A DNA stretch of 64,000 nucleotides from Blastocladiella emersonii ATCC 22665 (taxonomy: Eukaryota > Fungi > Blastocladiomycota). The notes beneath the pieces are model-generated. The model made no database searches. It was not told the DNA's origin and worked only from the letters and a program-made list of their open reading frames with translations. The stretch's first letter is position 1; every line of letters starts with the position of its first letter. Positions 55,436 through 64,000 of the stretch are shown here, one piece after another. The stretch covers positions 1,798,001-1,862,000 of the forward strand of contig JANHCV010000006.1 of assembly GCA_025594325.1 (NCBI GenBank). Direction: 5' to 3'. Made by a program: the position numbers and the translations under genes.

Positions 55436-56485
55436 TCACGAGTTGAACTGGTCCCACCACGCGGCGATCTCAAACGGCCTGGCCGACTTGCACGCCTTGT
55501 CCGTGTACAGGATCGGCTGGCCCGACTGCCGCCACAGGTCGAGCATCTTGACCATGTCGTACTGGTTGTCAGTGTTGGTCAGGAACGCGGCCTCCGTGTA
55601 CTTGAGCTCGAGCCCCGACGCGAGCCACCACTCGAGCACTTCGACGCGGCCCTTGGACCACGCCCGGTCGAGCGCCCACTTGGAGTACGTGATCTCGACC
55701 GCGGGCACACGAGCAGTCCACCACTTGAGCGTCTCGACGAAACCCGCCTCGCTCGCCTGGTCCAGGTGCAGCCGCAGCGGCGGCAGCGGCGCCGTGGCCT
55801 GCGCGCGCTCGGCGGCGACGACGCCGTACCACCAGTCGAGCGCGGTCGTGGTCCGGTTCTCGTTGCTGGCGAGCGTCAGGAACCGCTCGAGGTTACCGCG
55901 CAGGGACGGGTGCGCGACGCGGTGCCACAGCTCGAGCACATCGATCCGGCTCCCGCGCGTAGCCTCCTCGAGGACGACGTGCAGCTCGCCGACGAGCCGG
56001 TGCGGCGGGAACGCGAACAGCTCGCCGAGCACCTGCATGTGTCCGTGGCGGAACGCGGCCACGGGGAGCCCCACCTCGTCCTCGTGCTTGTCGCAGTGGA
56101 CGCACGGCCGCATCTCGGCGAGCCGCTGCTTGACCCGCTCGCGCCCGCACCGCGCCCGCAGCGCGCGCAGCCGGTCCGCCCGGTCGTCGGCGTACACGTG
56201 GAACAGCTGCATCCCCGGCAGCCGGTCGAGCACGAACTCGCGCAGCCGACCTAGCCCGTGCGTCACCTTGAGGTACGCGCGGAGCTGAACCGCGGCGTCA
56301 TGGCGATCGCCGTTCGGGCAGTCGCGCGACAGGACGAACGGCTCGTTGGTCCACGCGCGCAGGAGCTGCTTGCACGGGCACGGCGCGCTCGTGAGGCCGT
56401 GCTCGCGGCACGTCGCCGCCGCGGCGAGGAGCAGGATGTCCTCGACGAGATCGACTGGCAGTTGCGGCAGCGGTACTTGTTGCAT
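55436..56485 (-). CDS. Family A gene, intact: F-box-like N-terminus plus ankyrin-like repeats (349 aa)
   Basis: LPQLPVDLVEDILLLAA start. Repeats LEEATRGSRIDVLELW, LDQASEAGFVETLKWW and LDRAWSKGRVEVLEWWLASGLELKY. GC3-rich codons. Confidence 0.8.
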   Translation of the reverse strand: MQQVPLPQLPVDLVEDILLLAAAATCREHGLTSAPCPCKQLLRAWTNEPFVLSRDCPNGDRHDAAVQLRAYLKVTHGLGRLREFVLDRLPGMQLFHVYADDRADRLRALRARCGRERVKQRLAEMRPCVHCDKHEDEVGLPVAAFRHGHMQVLGELFAFPPHRLVGELHVVLEEATRGSRIDVLELWHRVAHPSLRGNLERFLTLASNENRTTTALDWWYGVVAAERAQATAPLPPLRLHLDQASEAGFVETLKWWTARVPAVEITYSKWALDRAWSKGRVEVLEWWLASGLELKYTEAAFLTNTDNQYDMVKMLDLWRQSGQPILYTDKACKSARPFEIAAWWDQFNS

Positions 56486-56790
56486 GGTGACTCGCGGGAC
56501 AGCTTCGTCTAGCGGGAGGGTCGACGCGAGCTCGCTCGCTCGCTCGTTGGGAATCCCGCCGGTCGCATCTGACGCATTTGAAGTCCGCGTGACAGTCTCG
56601 CACCACGTGCCGCGGCTCGACCTGAAACGAGATGCGTTGCGCCACACTCTGCTTCGACGCATCGAGTTCGGTCCTTTCAGGAACATTCAAAAGCGGGCTC
56701 TCACGTATCGTAGCGCAAAAGTAAGGCGAGTGAAAAGTACCGATTCATTGAATTGAAATCACAAACAGCCCCAGCAAGCAAACAACGCTC

Positions 56791-59050
56791 TTAGTAGCGG
56801 TGGCGGTGGATCATGTCAATCACCACGTCGGCGTACTCGCGGGACGCAACCGTCTTGGGAGCGACACGACGGATCTCGTCAATGTTGTCGCGAGAAGTCA
56901 ATTCGTCGCGCCGCATCGCACGAACGACGACCTGCACGATCCACTGCGCGTCTCTAACACCGTCAAGCGCGCCTGACGGAACCGACCGCCAGAATTCGAC
57001 GGGAACAAACTGGTCGGGCTCAAGTGCGCCGGTGATCTTTTCAAGCATCGCGCCGAGGTCGGCGGAAACAAGCGTGCGCACGAGCTCGCGAGTCGGGCGG
57101 CTGAGGGCGTCGCATGCAGACCTGCACGTGCGGGTGCTGGGCTTGGTCTCGTTAAAGGCAGCGAGAAGTCGCACGAGCGCTTTGATTGTCAGGGACGGAA
57201 GGTGGCGGGGCCCGGCTGAGTCAAGCGCGATCAGCTCGCTTACCGTATCCGTCCACACGCGCTGACTCGTCAGCGGGCAAGAGCTGCACGATTCGCTTCC
57301 TGGCGCGGCAAGCGGAAGGACATGCCGGCCGATGCGATCCGTAGCCTGCGCCCACACCATGGCTCCGAGAAACAGACGGGCCGTGCCGTGTAAGCGCGAG
57401 GGCGCGATCGCGAAGCAAGCGGCTCTGCAACACAGCAATTGGGATCCAAGCGAGAGCAACGCACGCCCAGCTAGGAAGTTTGAGCACCGTCGCGTTTGCC
57501 ATAAGAAACACGTCCCACAGGTCAGCTTTGAGCTTGCTCGAGAATGTGGCAGTAAACTGCTTTGCGGAAATAGTGCTGAGACAAGGAGGACGGCTGCCAT
57601 CTAACGAAAAGACGATCCGTCCAGCAACGTCATGCAAAACCGCTGCAAACTTGATGAAAATAAGAGAAGCTTCGTTGGCGCGATGTGTTTGCACGAAGGC
57701 AAGGATTTGCTGCGGGTGCGGGCGCTTGGACGTCAACTTGAGGGAATTGCGGAAGGCTAGACAGCAGAGCTACGGGTCAGTGGAACATGTGTGACGCAAT
57801 CCCACGAATAGGTCTCAATCGAACCTTCTACCACCAGGTCCTGGAAGCCGTCGCCGAGCAGCTGCGCAGCAAGCGCTGCAAGGGGACCAGAAGGACCGCC
57901 GTTTTTGTCAAGCAGGGCCTTGTCAAGGACGTGCAACCAAGAGTCCGTGTTGAGGAGATTGAGAGTGTGTAGGGTGTTCAGGATCTCCACGTTGACGCGG
58001 AAAACACCGGTTGGTGAGTTGCTCGGCAATCTTCACGCGCTCGTTCTCCTCGATTGCGACGGCCACGCGTTGAGGTTCAAGCTCGACCAGTCGGCAGAGA
58101 ACCGCGGGCACCCGCGTCAGGATGGTAGCAATGTGGTGCTGGTCGAAAAAGACGCGATCGCCTGTCCAGCACTCGCGAAGGAGCCACTGAAGCAACATGG
58201 CAACGTCTTGGACTCGGTCCGCGCCAACCTTAGCCTTTGAAATAGAATTCAAAAATCCAGCGGAAAGAGATTCGTGGTCGAGGAGAAGCTTTGTGAGCCA
58301 GGGAATGCTTAGCCCGTGCAACGGGAGGTCGCGCAGCATGGTGAGGGTCGGTAATTGCCATGCAAAGACAGAAATGATTCCCATCGCATCTGAGAGGCGC
58401 ATCCTTTGCTCACTGCCGTCCAACATATCGTCAAAGAAATCGTACGCTTGCTCCGAAAGCATGAACCACGAATCGGCTGGCAGTCGAAGCTGAAATAGTT
58501 CGGGGACCTTTCGCTGCGCGGTGTGCATAAGCCGCGCAAGCGGTGGCGGGTCAAGGCGAACCACACCAAGGACGAGGATTTGCAGCAGACATGGTACGGG
58601 AAACTGGAAGCAATCACGATGGAAACTTTAGAAATAGCGTCGTTGATGGTCGCGGCAAACGCCTCCATTCCAGTGTCGCACGAATCTAAGTCTTCACGCG
58701 CCATTGGAAGCACAAGTTCGAAGAGCTCATGAAAGAGCGAAACGACAAAATTGTAGGCCAAGTCGTCGGGGCAGACTCTACGTGTAGCGCCAGCAAACCC
58801 ATATTCAAGCAGCGCACCGCTGTCTGACGTGAAGAGATCCCCGTTAATCTCGTACGTAGCCTTCCACTCGGCAGACGGAGGGTCATCGCCGAGAAGACGC
58901 GAAAGCCAACTCGACTTGACAAGAGATGTTTTTGCCACATCGCTTAGGCCGCGTGCCGCGAGGTAGATGGCGGATTGGGGCAGAGCGAGTTGCAGAACGA
59001 GGGTAAGCAGTTCAGCGGGGAGCGCTGAGAGGCCAGGGCGCTGAGTCCAT
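56791..59050 (-). pseudogene. Family B gene broken by several frameshifts
   Basis: ATG at 59050 is out of frame with GLSALPAELLTLVLQLA. The coding signal hops across ORFs 58309..59058, 57923..58564, 57757..58029, 57221..57736 and 56791..57600, ending FWRSVPSGALDGVRDAQW...EIRRVAPKTVASREY. Confidence 0.8.
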
Positions 59051-59161
59051 TGCGGCAAGTTTCATTCATTCGTTTCGTTCATGGTTGCATCGGGTTCAGG
59101 GTGGAGAGAGAGCGGATCCGACTCGACGAATCGGACGAAAATGAATGCGATCACAGCCTCA

Positions 59162-59188
59162 TGCGCCCACGTGAGTGGCGCAACGCGG
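59162..59188. repeat. CACGTG-containing palindromic element, degenerate copy
   Basis: TGCGCC-CACGTG-AGT-GGCGCAACGCG has the consensus arms and core. Confidence 0.6.
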
Positions 59189-59422
59189 CTTTCTCTTCAC
59201 TCCCCGGTGACATCAACCAGTCGAACGGAGGTGTCGAGACTGAGTGTGCACAACAATTACATCCTATCCCTGCGCGTTTTTGAAACTCACTGCGCTCGGT
59301 GGCCGCCATCGGCGTCCGTCCATGTCATGCATCTGAAGCAAACCTCCGAAGCTCCAAACCCCTCGCATCTGAGCCGGAGTTGGAATAAGCAAACTATATT
59401 CGGACTGAAGCACAATAAAGTC

Positions 59423-60607
59423 TCAGAACTCGGAGTGGACCGCAATCATGATGGCGTCGCTATACTCGCGGGACGCGACCGTCGTGGGCGCCGCGCGCCG
59501 GATCTCGCTGATGCTCCCGCGAGCTGCGTCAGTGCGGTTCCGCCCCGCCTTGACAACGGTCTGGGCGATCCATGGCGCGCCCTTGACGCCGTCGAGCGCG
59601 CCCGACGGTACAATCCGCCAAAACGAGGTCGGGATCGAGCCATGCGGCCCGGCCGCGCCAGCGAGCGCGTCGAGCACGGCTGCGAGGTCCGCTCGAATGA
59701 GCGCCTCGACCATGTTGCGGCACGGGTGGATCATCGCGTCGCATGCAGACTTGCAGGTGCTCATCGTAAGTTGCCCAGTCGTCGGGTGTACCGGAAACTG
59801 GAAGGAAACGTCGGTGGTGGAGGCGAGCAAGTTGAACAGCGGGACAGCGGCCGTGGCCGAGAGCCGTTGGACAGCACGCGGGTCAAGGGCGAGAAACTCG
59901 CGAATCGTCTCGATCCAAACACGCTGACCTGTAAGCTGACACTCGCCGCAAGTCGTGCTGCACAGCGCGGCCAGAGAGAAGCGATGCTGACCGACCCGGT
60001 TGGACGACTGCGCGTAAATCATGGCGCTGAGGAAGCGGTGCACGCTGTCGTGCTCCACCATAAGCCGGATCGAGTTGTCGCGCGTCAAGCGGTTCTGCAG
60101 AGCGGCGACAGGAAGCCAAGCAAGCGCGGCGCACACCGAAGTCGACAGCTGGATGACGACCAAGTTCGCAAACATGAACACGTCCCACAGGTCGGCGTTG
60201 AGGTCGCTCGAGAAGACTAACGACATGATCTTGCACGCGTTTTGGTCGGGACAGGGCGGGCGATGGATGCAGTCCGGCGGGCGGTCCTGTCCCTCCCCCA
60301 GTTCGTGCTGTTTTTGCGGTTGCCGAATCTCCTCGAGCAAGACCGGCACGAGCGACTGGAGCAAAGGATAAATTTTGTCGGGGCGATGCTGTCGAATGAA
60401 AGCGATGACACGCTGCGGAACCGGTGGTTGAAGTTGAACAGGTAGATCTGGCCTTGGCGCAAGGCAGCCGCGGAAAGCTAGACGCGAAGTCGCATTAGCC
60501 GATCAATTTCGTGCTAGAGCGCTCCATCAAACAGCGCACCATGTTGTATAACACCCTTGAAACGATTCCCGGCGAGCCGAGCGGCATCAGTAGCAAGAGT
60601 ACTCGAT
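59423..60607 (-). pseudogene. Family B gene interrupted at its 5' end by the retrotransposon
   Basis: DLWDVFMFAN...AWLPVAALQNRL...FWRIVPSGALDGVKGAPW...EIRRAAPTTVASREY closely parallels the 56.8-kb copy. Frameshift near 60365 and a stop at 60495. VLLLLMPLGSPGIVSRVL abuts the LTR edge. Confidence 0.75.
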
Positions 60608-60781
60608 TGTCACGGTTCAGTGATCCGACGGCTCGGGCTGGTGGCGCGGGCTGGTGGCGCAGTCCCTCATAAGCCGAGCGTTGCCCTCGCTCTCCCTCTC
60701 TCTTGTCATTCGTGATACAATCCTTCATTATCCGGCTAGTCATTCCTCGTGGCACAAGACCCTCCCCCTCGGCACCTTACA
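60608..60781 (+). repeat. Putative 5' LTR (174 bp, TGTCACGG...CCTTACA)
   Basis: TG..CA termini 55 nt before the gag ATG. Contains a tandem 13-mer GGGCTGGTGGCGC x2 (60635..60660). The 3' LTR is outside the window, so the boundaries are not confirmed by a second copy. Confidence 0.7.
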
Positions 60782-60835
60782 CTTTGTATCACCGTAAAAC
60801 CCCCTCCGAGCGGTGATTTCTTCCACGACGGCAAA

Positions 60836-61912
60836 ATGATAACGCCGGCACAGTTCCTCGAAAAGCTGGCGACGTTTGACGTTGCGGCCATTGTCCCCGA
60901 GTACCAGCTCGCGCCGTGGCGCGACCTGGTCATGCCGTACGAGGACAAAGCCAAGCTCGTCTTCCTCGCGCTCAACGTCGCCAGCGACTACTGGCAACTG
61001 GGCGTGTCGACCGAGGCCCGCGCGGTCGCGGCCGAGCGGCGCGCCGAGACGGCGGAGCGCCGCGCGTATGCGCTCGAGGTCGAGCTGCGGCAGACGCAGC
61101 AGAGCCAGCCGCTCAACGGTATCCTGCAGGGCGAGCTCGACAGCATCCAGGTCAGCAGCGCGCGCGGGCCGGGCGTGGGCGTTGATGGCTTCACGCCGGC
61201 CGCGATGCACGCGCTGATGCGCATGAATTCGGTTGACGGCGTCAACTTCAAGGTCAAGAGCGCCATCACGCAGTACGAGAGCATCCTCCAGCTCACGTTC
61301 AACGTCCCGGAGAAGTTCAAGATTGCGCACTTCCACGGCAAGCTGACAGGCAAGGTGCTCGAGGCCGTGGAGCTGGCGATGGCCGGGTCCAAGTTTGAGG
61401 ACTACGGCTCGTTCAACGCCTACATCTCCCTCGTCAAGTCAACGCAGCCGGCCGAGAAGTCGGAGACCGAGTACGCGCACGAGCTCAAGAACCTCAAGTA
61501 CGTGCGCGGCGCCATGCCGGCGCGCGATTTCGTCTCCAAGTTCCGCCAGACCGCGTCCGGTGCAGGCTACCGCGCGCTCAGCGAGCTGGCGATGCAGTTC
61601 TACCTGGTGGTCACGGCCGGCAACTCGCCGCTGGCCGCGGACGTGGCCTTCGCCTCGCTGCGCAAGGGCTACCGTTTCGACAAGATGGTCGAGCACTTCC
61701 TGGTGCACGAGGGCGGGGCGACGGGCGTCGCGGCCGAGCTCGTCCCGGACCCGGACGCCATGGACGTTGGCGCGATTCGGCAGCGGGCGGCGGCGCACCA
61801 GGGCCGCGCCCTCACCGACATCAAGTGCTACAACTGCAAGGGCTACGGCCACAAGGCGGCTGATTGCCCGTCGCCCCCGCGCTCGTCGTCGGGAAACGCC
61901 AGTCGGGCGTAG
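60836..61912 (+). CDS. gag: Retrotransposon Gag
   Basis: First ATG after the LTR, ARDFVSKF retrotransposon-gag-like segment, PDPDAMDVG motif and zinc knuckle CYNCKGYGHKAADC. Confidence 0.9.
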   Translation: MITPAQFLEKLATFDVAAIVPEYQLAPWRDLVMPYEDKAKLVFLALNVASDYWQLGVSTEARAVAAERRAETAERRAYALEVELRQTQQSQPLNGILQGELDSIQVSSARGPGVGVDGFTPAAMHALMRMNSVDGVNFKVKSAITQYESILQLTFNVPEKFKIAHFHGKLTGKVLEAVELAMAGSKFEDYGSFNAYISLVKSTQPAEKSETEYAHELKNLKYVRGAMPARDFVSKFRQTASGAGYRALSELAMQFYLVVTAGNSPLAADVAFASLRKGYRFDKMVEHFLVHEGGATGVAAELVPDPDAMDVGAIRQRAAAHQGRALTDIKCYNCKGYGHKAADCPSPPRSSSGNASRA

Positions 61913-64000
61913 CGGAGCAGGCCGCGACGTCCTCGAAGCCAAAACCTGCGGATTTGGGTGGTACAACGGCGATGGCCACGGCGGCCGCCGCCGCGGATAA
62001 GATGTCGGTGCCCGCCGACAAGAAGAAAAAAATGAACAAAAAGAAGAAACAAAACATGAATGATAAGAAGACTAATGGAAAATCTGTTGCTGCGTACTTT
62101 GGTGCACTTGTGCGTCTAGAGATGGCGCAGGACCACCAGCACCTCGGCGGGCTCCTCGCGCATCCAGGGCTCCGCACGGCGCCGATCCCGACGTTCATGA
62201 TGCTCGACACGGGCGCGCCGGTTAACCTGATCAGCCGCAGGGTGGCCGAGCAGGCCGGGCTCGTGCCGAAGCGCCTAGCGCGTCGCATCGACCTCCGCGG
62301 TGTCGTCGGTTCCGCGCCGGGCCAGCGCCAGTACATCTCGCATTACGTGCACGCGGCCGTGTCCGTCACGTCGCCCGAGTTCCTGCACGCGGCGGTCGCG
62401 GGATCCCAAACCGTGTTCGCGGACGGCGTCGTGCCTCCCGGCGACGCGTCCAAGCAGAAGCGCGTGGTGGGAGACGCGGGTCGCGCCATCGACATTCCGT
62501 GCCTTCATTGCTCGGTCGCGCGCTTCCTCGTCGTCGACTCTCCCGCGTTTCCGGTGATCATGGGACTCGAATGGATGGTCGCGAACGGCGCGAAGCCGGA
62601 TCCGCGCTCGGCCACGGTCGCGATTGACGGCGCGTGCACTGGTCGCTGCGGGTGCCCGCCCGCCCAGCGCGTCACGGTGGCCACGGTCGCACCGCGCGTC
62701 GACCTCGACCCGCTCGCGTGGGACGAGGCACACGGCCCGCCCGAGGCGCCAGATGACGCGGCGCCGAAGCGCGTGCTGCCCGCCAAGTACCTCAAGTGGG
62801 CGCACGTCTTCGATGCCGCCGCGGCGTCCGCGCTCCCGCCGCACCGACCGTACGACTGCGAGATCGAGCTCGTCGAGGGCGCCAAGGTGCCGTTCCTGCC
62901 CGTCTACGCCCTGTCGCAGCCCGAACTCGAGGAGCTGCGCAAGACCATCGACGAGAACCTCGCGCGCGGCTTCATCCGCCCATCGCGGTCGCCAGCCGGC
63001 GCGCCGATCATGTTCGTGCCCAAGAAGGACGGGTCGCGCCGCATGTGTGTGGACTACCGCCGCCTCAACGCGCTGACGGTCAAGAACCGCTACGCGCTGC
63101 CGCTCATCGCGGAGCTCATGAACCAAGTGCAGGGCGCGCGCATCTTCACCAAGTTCGACCTGCGCGGCGCGTACAACCTGGTCCGCATCCGCGAGGGCGA
63201 CGAGTGGAAGACGGCGTTCCGCACGCGCTACGGACATTATGAATGGATGGTGATGCCGTTCGGGCTGACCAACGCGCCGGCCGCGTTCCAGGCGTTTGTC
63301 AACGACGTGTTCCGCGACCTGCTCGACCGCCGCGGCGTTCTCGTGTACCTGGACGACATCCTCATCTTCAGCGAGGACCCCGAAGAGCACACGGCGCTCG
63401 TCAAGGAGGTGCTGCAGCGGCTCGCCGACAACAAGCTGTACGTCAAGCTCGAGAAGTGCGAATTCGACGTGACGCGCGTCGAGTACCTCGGCCACATCCT
63501 GACCACCGAGGGCGTCGAGATGGACCCGGCCAAGGTCCGCGCCGTGACCGAGTGGCCCGCGCCACGGACGGTCAAGGAGGTGCAGGCGTTCCTGGGCCTC
63601 GCCAACTACTACCGCCGCTTCATCCCCGAGTTCTCGGAACTGACCATCCCGCTCACCCGTCTTACGCAGAAGGACACGCCGTGGCGGTGGGGCGACACCG
63701 AGGCGGCGGCCTTTGCGGCCATCAAGACGCGGTTCGCGTCCGACCAGTTCCTCGCGCACCCCGACCCCTCAAAACAGTTCATTGTCGAGGCCGACGCGTC
63801 CAACTTCGCCATTGGGTGCGTCCTGTCGCAGGTCGACAACGAGGGCACGCTGCGGCCGGTCGCGTTCCACTCGCGCGCGCTCAAGGCGGCGGAGCTGAAT
63901 TATCCCATCTTGGATAAGGAGCTGCTCGCCATCAAGGTCGCGTTCGAGATCTGGCGCCACCACCTCGAGGGCGCGCAGCACCCGGTCGAGGTGTACACGG
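61891..64000 (+). CDS. pol: Retrotransposon Pol (protease, reverse transcriptase, RNase H; partial), in the -1 frame relative to gag
   Basis: Protease MLDTGAPVNLIS, RT motifs CVDYRRLN, MPFGLTNAP and YLDDILIFS, RNase H EADASNFAIG and DKELLAI. No stop from 61891 to the window end. Confidence 0.95.

Larger units (their letters stand above)
60608..64000 (+). mobile_element. Ty3/Gypsy (Metaviridae, Tf/Maggy-like) LTR retrotransposon, runs off the window end
   Basis: 5' LTR followed by gag with a CCHC knuckle and pol in PR-RT-RNaseH order. Confidence 0.97.

Noticed and set aside
55436-60607. Islands as an endogenous giant-virus segment
   Set aside because: F-box/ankyrin-like genes are suggestive, but no viral hallmark genes (capsid, packaging ATPase, polB) are present and one family B copy has a spliceosomal intron.
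1-64000. CRISPR arrays, rRNA and tRNA genes
   Set aside because: No regularly spaced repeat-spacer array and no recognisable rRNA or tRNA sequence seen by eye. tRNAscan and Infernal were not run.

Overview
GC-rich eukaryotic DNA with short (about 53-102 nt) spliceosomal introns: GTRCGY-type donors, CTRAC/CTAAC branch points, YAG acceptors. Gene content suggests an early-diverging fungus, probably Blastocladiomycota such as Allomyces or Blastocladiella (inference, not verified). Two blocks of intact, mostly housekeeping genes are present. The first (1-12.1 kb) holds an uncharacterised protein, HSP60, a CINP-like gene and an ABCC transporter. The second (25.8-55.2 kb) holds a giant TPR-DUF4470 gene, DUF3605, Get2/CAML-like, UBC1, a mitochondrial carrier, IMPDH, a 7TM receptor-like gene, a second ABCC, a MAPK phosphatase, WBP11, an inositol 5-phosphatase and a bacterial-style ACT gene. 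Two more AT-rich accessory islands (about 12.1-25.7 kb and 55.4-60.6 kb) contain mostly broken genes. Both islands carry the same two uncharacterised families: an F-box-like/helical family (4 copies) and an F-box-like/ankyrin-like family (2 copies). They also share a dispersed CACGTG-centred palindrome. The window ends inside a Ty3/Gypsy LTR retrotransposon inserted into one family member. It has a 174-bp 5' LTR, a Tf1-like self-priming signature and a -1 frameshift site between gag and pol. All family assignments come from motif recognition by eye; no searches were run.
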